The notes: generated by a model from the letters alone, not told the origin. A DNA stretch of 64,000 nucleotides from an uncultured Brachymonas sp. (GCA_964413485.1 CAYPRU010000002.1:146748-210747), one strand, 5' to 3'. Counted from the stretch's first letter, positions 36,733 to 47,757 are shown. A program made the numbers and translations.

Positions 36733-38262
36733 ATGAGCAACGCATTGCCAATCACCCGCACGGTAGCCGTGATCGGTGCAGGCGCCATGGGCGCCGGCAT
36801 TGCCCAGGTGGCGGCCCAGGCCGGCCACCTGGTGCGTCTGCTGGATGCGCGCGCAGGCGCGGCCGAGCAGGCCATTGCCAACATCCGCAAGCAATTTGCC
36901 AAGCTGGTCGAGAAGGGCCGCATGACGGCCGAACAGGCGCAGCAGGCCGGTGACAACCTGGTGCCGGCTGTCAGCAACCAGGAATTTGCCGATGCCGCCC
37001 TGGTGGTGGAAGCCATCGTCGAGAACCTGGACGTCAAGCGCAAGCTGTTTGCCGAGCTGGAAGACATTGTCGCCGAGGACGCCATCCTGGCCACCAACAC
37101 CTCGTCGATCTCCGTGACTGCCATTGGCGCGGCGCTGAAGCGCCCGCAGCAGCTGGTCGGCATGCACTTCTTCAACCCGGCTCCGCTGATGAAGCTGGTG
37201 GAAGTGGTCTCCGGCCTGGCGACCGACCGCAAGGTGGCCGAGGTGATTTATGCCACCTCCGCCGCCTGGGGCAAGACCCCGGTGCATGCCAAGTCCACAC
37301 CCGGCTTCATCGTCAACCGCGTGGCGCGTCCGTACTACGCCGAAAGCCTGCGTCTGCTGGGCGAGGGCGCTGCCGATATCGCCACGCTCGACGCCATCCT
37401 GCGCGAGGCTGGCAGCTTCCGCATGGGCCCGTTCGAGCTGATGGACATGATCGGCCACGACGTGAACTTCGCCGTGACCAAGTCGGTCTGGAACGCCTTC
37501 TACAACGACCAGCGTTTTCTGCCCTCGCTGATCCAGCAGGAGCTGGTGGATGCCGGTTTTCTGGGTCGCAAGAACGGTCGCGGTTTCTATGACTACGCCG
37601 GAGGCGCCGAAAAGCCGCAGCCGCAAAGCGCTGCTGTCGTGGCCGCACCGGCCCACATCGTGCTGTTTGGCGACTGCCCGCTGACACAGGCACTGGCCAG
37701 CCGCCTGCAGCAGGCTGGTGTGTCCTTCACGCAGCAGCCAGCGCATGCCGATGGCCGCGTGGCCCAGCTCGGCGAGACCGCGCTGTACCTGACCGATGGC
37801 CGCACCGCCACCCAGCGCGCCCATGCTCTGGGCTGCAACAACCTGGTGCTGGTGGACCTGGCGCTCGACTACACCAAGGCCACGCGCCTGGCCGTGGCCG
37901 CTGCGCTGCAGGCCGATGCCGCTGCCGTTGATGCCGTGACCGGTCTGCTGCAGGCCGCCGGCTATGCCGTGTCCGTGCTGCGCGACGTGCCCGGCCTGGC
38001 TGTGATGCGCACCGTCGCCATGCTGGCCAACGAAGCCGCCGACGCCGTCAACCAAGGTGTGTGCGATGTCGAGAGCACTAACGTGGCCATGCAGCTGGGC
38101 GTGAACTATCCGCGTGGCCCGCTGGCCTGGGCCCAGGCCGTCGGCCTGACCCACGTACGTGATGTGCTGGCCAACCTGGCCGCGTTCTACGGCGAAGACC
38201 GCTACCGCGTGTCGCCGTGGATTCAGCAGGCCGTTTATGCAGGAGACAAGAGCAATGGATAA
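36733..38262 (+). CDS. paaH: 3-hydroxyadipyl-CoA dehydrogenase
   Basis: GAGAMGAG, TNTSSIS, GMHFFNP, C-terminal duplication with GVNYPRGP. Confidence 0.93.
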   Translation: MSNALPITRTVAVIGAGAMGAGIAQVAAQAGHLVRLLDARAGAAEQAIANIRKQFAKLVEKGRMTAEQAQQAGDNLVPAVSNQEFADAALVVEAIVENLDVKRKLFAELEDIVAEDAILATNTSSISVTAIGAALKRPQQLVGMHFFNPAPLMKLVEVVSGLATDRKVAEVIYATSAAWGKTPVHAKSTPGFIVNRVARPYYAESLRLLGEGAADIATLDAILREAGSFRMGPFELMDMIGHDVNFAVTKSVWNAFYNDQRFLPSLIQQELVDAGFLGRKNGRGFYDYAGGAEKPQPQSAAVVAAPAHIVLFGDCPLTQALASRLQQAGVSFTQQPAHADGRVAQLGETALYLTDGRTATQRAHALGCNNLVLVDLALDYTKATRLAVAAALQADAAAVDAVTGLLQAAGYAVSVLRDVPGLAVMRTVAMLANEAADAVNQGVCDVESTNVAMQLGVNYPRGPLAWAQAVGLTHVRDVLANLAAFYGEDRYRVSPWIQQAVYAGDKSNG

Positions 38263-38719
38263 GCAAGTCGTTCAGGAACAGGACGCCCAGGCGCTGGCCA
38301 TAGCCGCCGCCGATGCCATGTGGCAGCGTGACGCCACCGCCCACGCCCTGGGCATGGAGCGCGTCGAAGTCACTCCCGGCCACGCCACGCTACGCATGCG
38401 CGTGCGTCCGGACATGGCCAACGGCCACCATATCTGCCATGGCGGCATGATTTTTACGCTGGCCGATACCGCCTTCGCCTACGCCTGCAACAGCTACAAC
38501 CTCAACACCGTAGCCTCGGCCTGCCATATCGACTTCCTGTCGCCTGGCAAAGAAGGCGATCTGCTGGAGGCGCGTGCGGTGGAACGCTCCGCTGCCGGCC
38601 GTACCGGCGTCTATGACGTCACGGTCAGCGTGGTAGGCGGCGCAACCGTGGCCCTGTTCCGTGGCAAGAGCTATCGCATCAAGGGCGAGGTGACTGCCAG
38701 CTTTCACGATGCGGCCTGA
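38255..38719 (+). CDS. paaI: Phenylacetyl-CoA thioesterase
   Basis: NGHHICHGGMIFTLADTAFAYACNS. Confidence 0.93.
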   Translation: MDKQVVQEQDAQALAIAAADAMWQRDATAHALGMERVEVTPGHATLRMRVRPDMANGHHICHGGMIFTLADTAFAYACNSYNLNTVASACHIDFLSPGKEGDLLEARAVERSAAGRTGVYDVTVSVVGGATVALFRGKSYRIKGEVTASFHDAA

Positions 38720-38768
38720 GACAGCGCATCACCCCATCACAAAATACAAGACGAGACGAGGATCTTCC

Positions 38769-40091
38769 ATGAAAGACACCGCATCCAAGAATGGCCTGCA
38801 TGCGATTGAAATGGCGAGCCGGGATGAAATTTCCGCGCTGCAGCTCGAGCGCCTCAAATGGTCCGTGCGCCACACCTATGACAACGTGGCGCCGTACCGC
38901 GCCAAGTGCGAGGCCAAAGGCGTGCATCCGGACGATCTGAAGACCCTGTCCGACCTGTCCAAGTTTCCGTTCATGACGAAGCTGGACCTGCGCGACAACT
39001 ACCCGTTCGGCCTGTTTGCCGTGCCGCGTCAGCAGGTGGCCCGTCTGCATGCATCCAGCGGCACCACCGGCAAGCCGGTGGTGGTGGGCTACACCAAGAA
39101 GGACCTGGACAACTGGGCCGACCTGCTGGCACGTTCGCTGTATGCCGGCGGCGTGCGTCCCGGCGACATGGTGCAAAACTCCTATGGCTACGGCATGTTC
39201 ACCGGTGGCCTGGGTGCGCACTACGGCATCGAACGCCTGGGCTGCACCGTGGTGCCCATGTCCGGCGGCCAGACCGAGAAGCAGGTGTCGCAGATTATCG
39301 ACTTCAAGCCCGACGCGATCATGGTCACGCCGTCCTACTCGTTGGTGATTGCCGAAGAGTTCGAGCGCCAAGGCATTGATCCGAAAGACATTTCCCTGCG
39401 TATCGGCGTGTTCGGCGCCGAGGCCTGGGGCGAAGGCATGCGCGCCGAGATCGAGCGCAAGCTGGGCATCGACGCGGTGGACATCTACGGCCTGACCGAA
39501 GTGATGGGCCCGGGCGTGGCCTGCGAATGCGTCGAATCCAAGGATGGTCCGGTGATCTGGGAAGACCACTTCTACCCCGAAATCATCGATCCGGAAACCG
39601 GCGAAGTGCTGCCCGACGGCTCTGAAGGCGAACTGGTGTTCACCTCGCTGAGCAAGGAAGCCTTCCCGGTGATCCGCTACCGCACACGTGACCTGACCAG
39701 CCTGCAGCCGCCGACCTCGCGTGCTTTCCGCCGCATCGGCAAGATCACCGGCCGTTCCGACGACATGCTGATCGTGCGTGGCGTGAACATGTTCCCGAGC
39801 CAGGTAGAAGAGCAGATCCTGCGCGACAAGCGCCTGGCAGGCGTCTACCAGATCCACCTGAGCCGTACCGGCCACATGGACAATGTGGAAGTGCATTGCG
39901 AACTGCAACGTGAGCTTTCCGGCCACACGGCACCGGCCGAAGTGGCGCAGATTGCCAAGGAACTGCAGCACCACATCAAGACCAACATTGGCATTACCAC
40001 CAAGGTGGTGATCGTCGGCGCGGACGAACTGCCGCGCACCGTGACGGGCAAGGCGCGTCGCGTCTATGACAACCGTCCCAAGCAAGTATAA
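38769..40091 (+). CDS. paaK: Phenylacetate-CoA ligase
   Basis: HASSGTTGKP, YGMFTGGLGAHYG, DIYGLTE, WEDHFYPE, YRTRDLT. Confidence 0.95.
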   Translation: MKDTASKNGLHAIEMASRDEISALQLERLKWSVRHTYDNVAPYRAKCEAKGVHPDDLKTLSDLSKFPFMTKLDLRDNYPFGLFAVPRQQVARLHASSGTTGKPVVVGYTKKDLDNWADLLARSLYAGGVRPGDMVQNSYGYGMFTGGLGAHYGIERLGCTVVPMSGGQTEKQVSQIIDFKPDAIMVTPSYSLVIAEEFERQGIDPKDISLRIGVFGAEAWGEGMRAEIERKLGIDAVDIYGLTEVMGPGVACECVESKDGPVIWEDHFYPEIIDPETGEVLPDGSEGELVFTSLSKEAFPVIRYRTRDLTSLQPPTSRAFRRIGKITGRSDDMLIVRGVNMFPSQVEEQILRDKRLAGVYQIHLSRTGHMDNVEVHCELQRELSGHTAPAEVAQIAKELQHHIKTNIGITTKVVIVGADELPRTVTGKARRVYDNRPKQV

Positions 40092-40102
40092 GGAGCTCCG
40101 TA

Positions 40103-41308
40103 ATGAACCAGGCTTTTATCTGTGATGCCATCCGCACCCCCATTGGCCGCTACGGCGGCGCCTTGTCCACGGTGCGTGCCGACGATCTGGGCGCACTGCC
40201 GATCAAGGCGCTGATGGAGCGCAATGCCGGCGTGCAATGGGACATCGTCGACGACATCATCTACGGCTGTGCCAACCAGGCTGGTGAAGACAACCGCAAC
40301 GTGGCCCGCATGAGCGGTCTGCTGGCCGGCCTGCCGACCGAAGTGTCCGGCACCACCGTCAACCGCTTGTGCGGTTCCGGCATGGATGCCATCGGCCTGG
40401 CGGCCCGTTCCATCAAGGCTGGTGAAGCCCAGTTGATGATCGCCGGCGGCGTGGAAAGCATGAGCCGCGCGCCCTTCGTCATGCCCAAGGCCGAGTCCGC
40501 CTTCAGCCGCAGCAACGCGGTGTACGACACCACCATCGGCTGGCGCTTCATCAACCCGGTGATGAAGAAGATGTACGAAACCCACTCCATGCCGCAAACG
40601 GCAGACAACGTGGCCGAGGACTTCAATATCAGCCGCGCCGACCAGGACGCGTTTGCGCTGCGTTCGCAGCAGCGCTGGGCGGCGGCCCACCAGGCCGGCC
40701 GCTTTGCCGATGAACTGATCAGCGTCACCATTCCGAAGAAGAAGGGCGACCCGGTGGTGTTCAGCGTGGACGAGCATCCGCGCCCGGAAACCACGCTGGA
40801 ACAGCTGGCCAAGCTCAAGGGCGTGAACGGCCCCGATCTGACCGTGACTGCCGGCAACGCCTCGGGCGTGAACGACGGCGCCTGCGCGCTGCTGGTGGCT
40901 TCCGAGCAGGGCGCCAGCCGTCATGGCCTGAAGCCGCTGGCCCGCGTGGTGGGCATGGCCACTGCCGGCCTGGCTCCGCGCATCATGGGCTTCGGCCCGG
41001 CGCCGGCCGTGCGCAAGGTGCTGACCCTGACCGGCCTGAGCCTGGACCAGATGGACGTGATCGAGCTGAACGAAGCCTTTGCCGCACAGGCACTGGCCGT
41101 CCTGCGTGACCTGGGCCTGCCGGACGATGCCGCGCATGTCAACCCGAACGGCGGCGCCATTGCCATGGGTCACCCGCTGGGTGCCAGCGGTGCGCGTCTG
41201 GTGACCACCGCAGCCTACGAACTGCAGCGCCGTGGCGGCCGCTACGCACTGTGCACCATGTGCATCGGCGTGGGCCAGGGCATCGCCATGGTCATCGAGC
41301 GTGTCTGA
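40103..41308 (+). CDS. paaJ: 3-oxoadipyl-CoA thiolase (PaaJ/PcaF)
   Basis: [44 protein letters not shown]. Confidence 0.93.
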   Translation: MNQAFICDAIRTPIGRYGGALSTVRADDLGALPIKALMERNAGVQWDIVDDIIYGCANQAGEDNRNVARMSGLLAGLPTEVSGTTVNRLCGSGMDAIGLAARSIKAGEAQLMIAGGVESMSRAPFVMPKAESAFSRSNAVYDTTIGWRFINPVMKKMYETHSMPQTADNVAEDFNISRADQDAFALRSQQRWAAAHQAGRFADELISVTIPKKKGDPVVFSVDEHPRPETTLEQLAKLKGVNGPDLTVTAGNASGVNDGACALLVASEQGASRHGLKPLARVVGMATAGLAPRIMGFGPAPAVRKVLTLTGLSLDQMDVIELNEAFAAQALAVLRDLGLPDDAAHVNPNGGAIAMGHPLGASGARLVTTAAYELQRRGGRYALCTMCIGVGQGIAMVIERV

Positions 41309-41325
41309 CAACAGGGTCTGCCAAT

Positions 41326-42108
41326 ATGTACTCGACACTGAGCATTGAGCGCAAGGGATCGGTGGCCACGGTCTGGATGAACCGCCCCGAAGTCCTGAAC
41401 GCCTTTGATGAAACCCTGATCGCAGAGCTGGATGCCGCGTTTGCCGAACTCGACCAGGACGCTAGCGTGCGCGTGGTGGTGCTGGGTGGCAAGGGCAAGC
41501 ACTTTTCCGCAGGGGCAGATCTGAACTGGATGAAGCGTGCCTCGACCTTCACCGAGGCCGAGAACCAGTCGGATGCGCTGCGCTTTGCCGGCATGCTGCG
41601 CCGCATGGCCACCATGTCCAAGCCGACCGTGGCCCGCATCCAGGGCGCGGCCCTGGGTGGCGGTACCGGTCTGGCAGCGGCCTGCGATATCGCCGTGGCC
41701 AGCGAGGACGCGCTGTTTGCGACCTCCGAAGTCAAGTTCGGCATCATCCCGGCGGTGATCAGCCCGTATGTGCTGCGTGCCATCGGTCCGCGCCAGTCGC
41801 TGCGTTACTTCCAGAGCGCGGAGCGCTTCAGCGCACAACGCGCCATGCAGCTGGGTCTGGTGCACGAAGTCTGCCCGCCGGACCAGCTGGATGCCACCAT
41901 CGATGCCGTGGTACAGCCGCTGCTGGCCGGTGGTCCCGGTGCCCAGCAGGCGGCCAAGGAACTGGTGGCTGCGATCCAGGGCCTGCCGATTGGCGAGGCC
42001 GTGGGCGAAGAAACGGCGCGGCGCATTGCGCGCCAGCGCGCAACGCCCGAAGCCCGCGAGGGTATTGGCGCGTTCCTCGAGAAACGCAAGCCAGCCTGGC
42101 AAGCGTGA
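41326..42108 (+). CDS. Crotonase-family enoyl-CoA hydratase (methylglutaconyl-CoA hydratase-like)
   Basis: FSAGADLNWMKR, GAALGGG, SEVKFGIIPAVISPYV, EGIGAFLEKRKP. Confidence 0.88.
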   Translation: MYSTLSIERKGSVATVWMNRPEVLNAFDETLIAELDAAFAELDQDASVRVVVLGGKGKHFSAGADLNWMKRASTFTEAENQSDALRFAGMLRRMATMSKPTVARIQGAALGGGTGLAAACDIAVASEDALFATSEVKFGIIPAVISPYVLRAIGPRQSLRYFQSAERFSAQRAMQLGLVHEVCPPDQLDATIDAVVQPLLAGGPGAQQAAKELVAAIQGLPIGEAVGEETARRIARQRATPEAREGIGAFLEKRKPAWQA

Positions 42109-42153
42109 GACGGTACTCCGTCATCCACTTTTATCCATCAAGGAGTTTTTCCT

Positions 42154-43164
42154 ATGTATACACAGTCCTTTAGCGTTGCGGACGAGCCAGGCAAGCAGCA
42201 AAAGCCGGTTCAGACCAACGAATCGCCCGAGCTGATGGCCAAGTTCGATGCGCGCATCGACGCCGATGGCCGCATCGAGCCGCAAGACTGGATGCCCGAG
42301 GCGTACCGCAAGACCCTGGTGCGCCAGATCAGCCAGCACGCCCACAGCGAAATCGTCGGCATGCTGCCGGAAGGCAACTGGATCAGCCGCGCCCCCAGCC
42401 TGAAGCGCAAGGCGATCCTGATCGCCAAGGTGCAGGATGAGGGCGGTCACGGCCTGTACCTGTACAGCGCCGCCGAAACGCTGGGCACCGGCCGTGACGA
42501 AATGCTGGATGCCCTGCATTCCGGCAAGGCCAAGTACAGCTCCATCTTCAACTACCCCACGCTCAACTGGGCGGACGTCGGCGTGATCGGCTGGCTGGTG
42601 GATGGCGCCGCCATCATGAACCAGGTGCCGCTGTGCCGTTGCAGCTATGGCCCCTATTCCCGCGCCATGATCCGCGTCTGCAAGGAAGAGTCCTTCCACC
42701 AGCGTCAGGGCTACGAAGCGCTGCTGGTGATGATGCAGGGCACCGAAGAGCAAAAGGCCATGGTGCAGGATGCTGTCAACCGCTGGTGGTGGAAGTGCCT
42801 GGCCATGTTCGGACCGCCGGACAGCGACAGCCCGCACAGCGCGCAAGGCATGCGCTGGGGCATCAAGCGCATCTCCAACGACGACCTGCGCCAGAAGTTC
42901 ATTGACGCCACCGTGCCGCAGGCCAAGGTGCTGGGTGTGACCCTGCCTGACCCGGACCTGAAGTGGAACGAAGCGCGTGGCCACCATGACCACGGCGAAA
43001 TTGACTGGAACGAGTTCTGGCAAACCGTCAACGGCAACGGTCCTTGCAACAAGGAGCGTCTGTCTACCCGCGTGAAAGCGCACGAACAGGGTGCATGGGT
43101 GCGCGACGCCGCCAATGCCCACGCCCGCAAGCAACAGCAACGTCAAATGAAGGAGGCAGCATGA
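42154..43164 (+). CDS. paaA: Phenylacetyl-CoA epoxidase subunit A
   Basis: [33 protein letters not shown]. Confidence 0.97.
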   Translation: MYTQSFSVADEPGKQQKPVQTNESPELMAKFDARIDADGRIEPQDWMPEAYRKTLVRQISQHAHSEIVGMLPEGNWISRAPSLKRKAILIAKVQDEGGHGLYLYSAAETLGTGRDEMLDALHSGKAKYSSIFNYPTLNWADVGVIGWLVDGAAIMNQVPLCRCSYGPYSRAMIRVCKEESFHQRQGYEALLVMMQGTEEQKAMVQDAVNRWWWKCLAMFGPPDSDSPHSAQGMRWGIKRISNDDLRQKFIDATVPQAKVLGVTLPDPDLKWNEARGHHDHGEIDWNEFWQTVNGNGPCNKERLSTRVKAHEQGAWVRDAANAHARKQQQRQMKEAA

Positions 43165-43454
43165 GCATCGAATTGAAAGATTGGCCCCTGTGGGAAGTAT
43201 TTGTCCGCAGCAAGCAGGGTCTGGAGCACAAGCACTGTGGCAGCCTGCACGCAGCCGATGCGCAGCATGCGCTGGAAGCCGCCCGTGACGTGTACACGCG
43301 CCGCCAGGAAGGCGTGAGCATCTGGGTGGTGCAGTCCAGCCAGATCACCGCCAGCAACCCGGACGAGAAGGGCGAGCTGTTCGACCCGGCTGCCGACAAG
43401 ATCTACCGTCATCCGACCTTCTACGAAATCCCGGAAGAAGTGGGGCACATGTGA
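43161..43454 (+). CDS. paaB: Phenylacetyl-CoA epoxidase subunit B
   Basis: [40 protein letters not shown]. Confidence 0.96.
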   Translation: MSIELKDWPLWEVFVRSKQGLEHKHCGSLHAADAQHALEAARDVYTRRQEGVSIWVVQSSQITASNPDEKGELFDPAADKIYRHPTFYEIPEEVGHM

Positions 43455-44239
43455 TGAACGCAACCACCAATTACCTGCTCCATCTGGCGGACAACGCCGT
43501 GGTGCTGGGCCAGCGCAACGCCGAATGGTGTGGCCATGGCCCGGCGATCGAGGAAGACATTGCCCTGGCCAACGTGAGCCTGGACCTGATCGGCCAGGCA
43601 CGTCTGCTGTACCAGCAAGCCGCCGAGCAACTGGGCCATGGCGCCACCGAAGACCAGCTGGCCTACTTCCGTGACGAGCCCGACTTCCGCAACTACACGC
43701 TGCTGGAACTGCCGCACCACTCCGCGCTGGTGGGCTACGCCAAGTCCGACATGGACTACGGCACCACCATCGTGCGCAACTTCCTGTACAGCGCACTGAT
43801 GGTGCTGGTGTGGGACAAGCTGCAGTCCTCCAAGGACGAGCAGCTGGCCGCCATCGCTGCCAAGTCGCTCAAGGAAGTGCGTTACCACCTGCGCCACTCG
43901 CGCGACTGGCTGGTGCGCCTGGGTGACGGCACCGATGAGTCGCACGCCCGCGTGCAGGCTGCACTGGACCACCTGATGCCCTACACCGAGGAGTTCTGGA
44001 CCGCCAGCGCCTTGGAAAACGCCGCGGTGGAAGCCGGCGTCGGCGTCGACGTGGCAGCGCTGAAGCCGCATTGGGATGCGCTGGTAGACGATGCACTGGC
44101 CGAAGCCACGCTGCAGCGTCCGGTGTTCCATGGTGGCTACATCACGCAGGGCAAGCAAGGCATCCACTCGGAGCATCTGGGTTTCATGCTGACCGAAATG
44201 CAGGGCCTGGCCCGCGCTCACCCGGGCGCTACCTGGTAA
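43454..44239 (+). CDS. paaC: Phenylacetyl-CoA epoxidase subunit C
   Basis: EWCGHGPAIEEDIALAN, KEVRYH, HSEHLG, HPGATW. Confidence 0.95.
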   Translation: MNATTNYLLHLADNAVVLGQRNAEWCGHGPAIEEDIALANVSLDLIGQARLLYQQAAEQLGHGATEDQLAYFRDEPDFRNYTLLELPHHSALVGYAKSDMDYGTTIVRNFLYSALMVLVWDKLQSSKDEQLAAIAAKSLKEVRYHLRHSRDWLVRLGDGTDESHARVQAALDHLMPYTEEFWTASALENAAVEAGVGVDVAALKPHWDALVDDALAEATLQRPVFHGGYITQGKQGIHSEHLGFMLTEMQGLARAHPGATW

Positions 44240-44243
44240 TACC

Positions 44244-44774
44244 ATGCAAGGTGCTCCTCACACGGATGTCGTGCAGGCGGCCTGGGCTGCCCTGGAACAG
44301 CTGACAGACCCCGAGATTCCTGTGGTGTCCCTGCGGGAACTCGGCATCCTGCGCGAAGTTCGCCAGGGCGCTGACGGCCTCGAGGTGGTCATTACGCCTA
44401 CCTATAGCGGTTGCCCGGCCATGGGCCAGATCGAGGATGACGTGCGCGCCACGCTGCAGGCGGTCGGCCTGCAGGCGCAGGTCATCACCCAACTGGCGCC
44501 GGCCTGGACTACCGACTGGATGACGGACGAAGCCCATGCCAAGCTGCGCGACTATGGCATTGCCCCGCCGCAGCATCGCTGTGCCAGCCAGCCCCTGCAG
44601 GGTGAAAGCGTGTTGCGCTTCGTCCGGCAGGCGGCCCAGCCCGAGGTGGTGCCATGCCCCAAGTGCGGCTCCGTGCATACGGTCGAGTCGTCGCACTTCG
44701 GCTCCACGGCCTGCAAGGCCTTGTACAAGTGCCTGGACTGCCAGGAGCCCTTTGACTATTTCAAGCCGTATTAA
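44244..44774 (+). CDS. paaD: Phenylacetyl-CoA epoxidase subunit D
   Basis: DPEIPVVS, TPTYSGCPA, WTTDW, CPKC, FGSTACKALY, EPFDYFK. Confidence 0.95.
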   Translation: MQGAPHTDVVQAAWAALEQLTDPEIPVVSLRELGILREVRQGADGLEVVITPTYSGCPAMGQIEDDVRATLQAVGLQAQVITQLAPAWTTDWMTDEAHAKLRDYGIAPPQHRCASQPLQGESVLRFVRQAAQPEVVPCPKCGSVHTVESSHFGSTACKALYKCLDCQEPFDYFKPY

Positions 44775-44791
44775 GAATATTGGGAGACTCC

Positions 44792-45889
44792 ATGTCTATT
44801 CCGCGTTTTCATGACCTGAGGGTCAAGCGTGTCAGCCCCGAAGCGGCTGGCTCGGTGGCCATCGCCTTTGACGTGCCGGCCGAGGCACGCACGCACTTCA
44901 TGTTCGAACCCGGTCAGTTCCTGACCCTTCGTGCCGAAATCAACGGCCAGGACGTGCGCCGCAACTACTCCATCAGCAGCCCGCGCAGCCGCCTGATCAA
45001 CGACGGCGAAATCGAAATCGGTATCCGTCCGGTGATCGATGGCGTGTTCTCGAACTGGGCCGCCAGCGCCATCAACGCCGGCCAGACCCTGGCCGTGATG
45101 CCGCCCGATGGCCGCTTCACCGTCAAGAAGCAGCGCGCCATCCACCGCGTGGGCTTTGCTGCCGGCTCCGGCATTACGCCGATCCTGTCGATTGCTGCCA
45201 CCACGCTGGAAGAACAGCCCGACTCCAAGTTCACCCTGGTGTACGGCAACCGCCGCATGGCCAGCGTGATGTTCAATGAAGCCCTGCAGGACCTGAAGGA
45301 CCGCTACGCCGGCCGCTTCACCATGATCCATATCCTGTCGCGCCAGGCGCAGGAAGTCGATCTGCTGCAAGGCCGCATCGATGGCGACAAGGTGCGCACG
45401 CTGATCAAGGCGCTGCTGCCGGTCAAGAGCATGGACGAGGTGTTCGTGTGCGGCCCCGAAGCCATGATCGAGGCAACCACGCAGGCGCTGATCGATGCCG
45501 GCGTGCCGGAAAGCCGCGTCTACAGCGAGCGTTTCGCCACCTCGCCGGCACAGGCTGCCAAGATCCAGGCCGATTCCGACAATGCCGAGCGCAATGAAGC
45601 CAAGACCAAGGATCTGCAGATGACCGTGGTACTGGATGGCAAGGAATACGAAATTCCCGTCAGCGCGGACGACCACCTGCTGGACGCAGCGCTGGAAGCC
45701 GGCCTGGACCTGCCGTTCTCGTGCAAGGCCGGCGTGTGCAGCACCTGCCGCTGCAAGGTCACCGACGGCACCACCACCATGGACAAGAACTTCACGCTGG
45801 AAGCCGACGAAGTCAGCCAGGGCTATGTGCTGAGTTGCCAGGCGCGCGCCACCAGTCCGAAAGTGGTGCTGGACTTCGACCAGCGCTGA
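44792..45889 (+). CDS. paaE: Phenylacetyl-CoA epoxidase reductase subunit E
   Basis: PGQFLTL, RNYSI, AAGSGITP, CGPEAM, 2Fe-2S SCKAGVCSTC...LSCQ. Confidence 0.95.
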   Translation: MSIPRFHDLRVKRVSPEAAGSVAIAFDVPAEARTHFMFEPGQFLTLRAEINGQDVRRNYSISSPRSRLINDGEIEIGIRPVIDGVFSNWAASAINAGQTLAVMPPDGRFTVKKQRAIHRVGFAAGSGITPILSIAATTLEEQPDSKFTLVYGNRRMASVMFNEALQDLKDRYAGRFTMIHILSRQAQEVDLLQGRIDGDKVRTLIKALLPVKSMDEVFVCGPEAMIEATTQALIDAGVPESRVYSERFATSPAQAAKIQADSDNAERNEAKTKDLQMTVVLDGKEYEIPVSADDHLLDAALEAGLDLPFSCKAGVCSTCRCKVTDGTTTMDKNFTLEADEVSQGYVLSCQARATSPKVVLDFDQR

Positions 45890-45960
45890 TCCCCCTCCGC
45901 AGGGTTTCCGGGCGGCTCTCTCCTGCCTCCGGAATGCATTCTCTTCGGTGATGTGGCCAA

Positions 45961-45994
45961 GGCCACCGACCTGTCAAAGGTTGGTGGCTTTTTT
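45961..45994 (+). terminator. Terminator of the paa operon
   Basis: GGCCACCGACCT-GTCAA-AGGTTGGTGGCT followed by a T-tract. Confidence 0.8.
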
Positions 45995-46258
45995 GTTGTC
46001 CCTCCAGGGGCACGACGATGTACCCAAATGGCCTTGCCGGGGCTGGCGTGCGTGTCACCAGGTCCTGCCCCTGGGCGTGTATACCAACCACGGCTGGAGG
46101 TGGTTTTTGTGCCCATGCAGCCTGCAAGCCCGGGTCCATGCAACCCTTTTCAGGCCTTGGAGGCATTGCCATTCGTAATACAGAGCTCTCTCCACCCCGC
46201 GGCACTGGCAATAGCCAGGGAAATGCATCATGTATTGCGTCGCCCCGCGTGCGGACGC

Positions 46259-46286
46259 AAAAAAGCCTGTCTGAAACCAGACAGGC
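46259..46286 (-). terminator. Terminator of the MFS gene
   Basis: AAAAAAGCCTGTCTG-AAAC-CAGACAGGC. Confidence 0.75.
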
Positions 46287-46339
46287 ACAAGTCGTGGGGT
46301 CGTTATCCGGAGCGGGCCAGCCGCTCCGGTGCATGGGTG

Positions 46340-47731
46340 TCAGTGCGACACGGCGCGTTGCGGGACGTGCACAGTGGTGCGCACCGGCGGGATATGACGC
46401 TTCACGATCAGCATGGCGGCTGCCGCACCGAACATGCCGATGGCCAGCAGGGTCAGGAAGCCGGTGGCGCCAGCTGCAGTGATCACGGCTGCACCGATGA
46501 AGGCGCTCAGGATGCCGCCGCCGCGGCCGACGGCCAGTGCCATGGCGGTGCCGGTAGCACGTACTGCCGTGGGGTAGACGAAAGCGCACATGGCGTACAG
46601 CAGCACCTGGGCGGAGTTCACGAACATGCCGTGGATCCCGAAGCCGGCAATCAGCAGCCCGGTGTTGTCCTTCACATTGATGCCCATCATGGCCACGGCG
46701 GAAAGGCCGGCGCCCAGGCAGATGGCGATCATCGGAATGCGGGTGCCGAAGCGGTTCACGATCAGGGCGCACATGAGGGAGCCGAACACGCCGCCGAAGT
46801 TGTAGGCGGTCAGACCCTGGCTGGCTACGGCGACTGGCGCCCCTTCGCTGGTGAGCATGGCGGGCAGCCAGCTGTACGCGCTGTACAGCGAAATCACGAC
46901 CATGAAGAAGGCCAGCCACAGGCCGATGGTGTCACGGACATAGGTGCCGGAGAACAGCGCCTTGAAGCCTTCCGATTGTTGTCCGTGGGCAGCGGTTTCG
47001 ATGGAGTCGTAGAACTCGGCATTGGCCGGAGTGGGGCGCTGCAGGCGGTGCAGCAGCTTTACCAGCTCTTGCCAGCGCTGGCGCTGGCGGGCCAGGAAGC
47101 GGGGCGACTCGGGCAGCACGAAGAAGAGCAGCACGCTGAACGCCATCGGAATGGCGCCGCCGATCCAGAACAGGGCGCGCCAGCCGTAATGGGGCAGGAC
47201 CCAGCCGGCAAACAGGCCGGCCAGCATGCCGCCCAGCGGGAAGCAGACGATGGAAAGCGTGACTGCCATGGTGCGCGCTCGTGCCGGTGCGTATTCCGCC
47301 GTCAGGGTCGAGCAGCTGGGCAGGGCGCCGCCAATGCCCAGGCCGGCAATGAAGCGCAGGGCGATGATGGTTTCCACGTTGGGCGAAAAGCCGATGGCCA
47401 CGGTGGTGGCGCCAAACACCAGCACGCTGACGGTCAGTACCAGGCGGCGACCGATGCGGTCGGCGATGTTGCCCGCCATGGCCATGCCGAAGGCCATGCC
47501 CAGCAGGCCGGCGGCCACGGCCGGTGCAAAGGCCGCGCGGGTGATGCCCCATTCCTTGATGATCATGGGAATGGCAAAGCCGATCAGCTGTCCGTCAAAG
47601 CCGTCCAGCACGATCGCCATGGCACAGAAGAAAATGACGGTTTTCTGCAGGCCGCTGAACGGGCCCTGGTCCAGCGCGTGCCCGATATCGACGGCGGTGA
47701 CGCCGCCTGACGAGGGATTGTTGTGACTCAT
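46340..47731 (-). CDS. Aromatic acid:H+ symporter family MFS transporter
   Basis: LDGFD in TM1, ADRIGRR, RFIAGLGIGG, LPESPRFL; GGAGA RBS before ATG 47731. Confidence 0.92.
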   Translation of the reverse strand: MSHNNPSSGGVTAVDIGHALDQGPFSGLQKTVIFFCAMAIVLDGFDGQLIGFAIPMIIKEWGITRAAFAPAVAAGLLGMAFGMAMAGNIADRIGRRLVLTVSVLVFGATTVAIGFSPNVETIIALRFIAGLGIGGALPSCSTLTAEYAPARARTMAVTLSIVCFPLGGMLAGLFAGWVLPHYGWRALFWIGGAIPMAFSVLLFFVLPESPRFLARQRQRWQELVKLLHRLQRPTPANAEFYDSIETAAHGQQSEGFKALFSGTYVRDTIGLWLAFFMVVISLYSAYSWLPAMLTSEGAPVAVASQGLTAYNFGGVFGSLMCALIVNRFGTRIPMIAICLGAGLSAVAMMGINVKDNTGLLIAGFGIHGMFVNSAQVLLYAMCAFVYPTAVRATGTAMALAVGRGGGILSAFIGAAVITAAGATGFLTLLAIGMFGAAAAMLIVKRHIPPVRTTVHVPQRAVSH

Positions 47732-47743
47732 GGTGTCTCCGGT

Positions 47744-47757
47744 TTGATTTAAATCAA
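47744..47757. promoter_or_regulatory. Perfect FNR-type box next to the MFS ribosome-binding site
   Basis: TTGAT-TTAA-ATCAA, 12 nt upstream of the start codon. Confidence 0.55.

Noticed and set aside
45995-46258. Possible small gene or remnant between the paa and MFS terminators
   Set aside because: No frame gives a recognisable protein or RBS.
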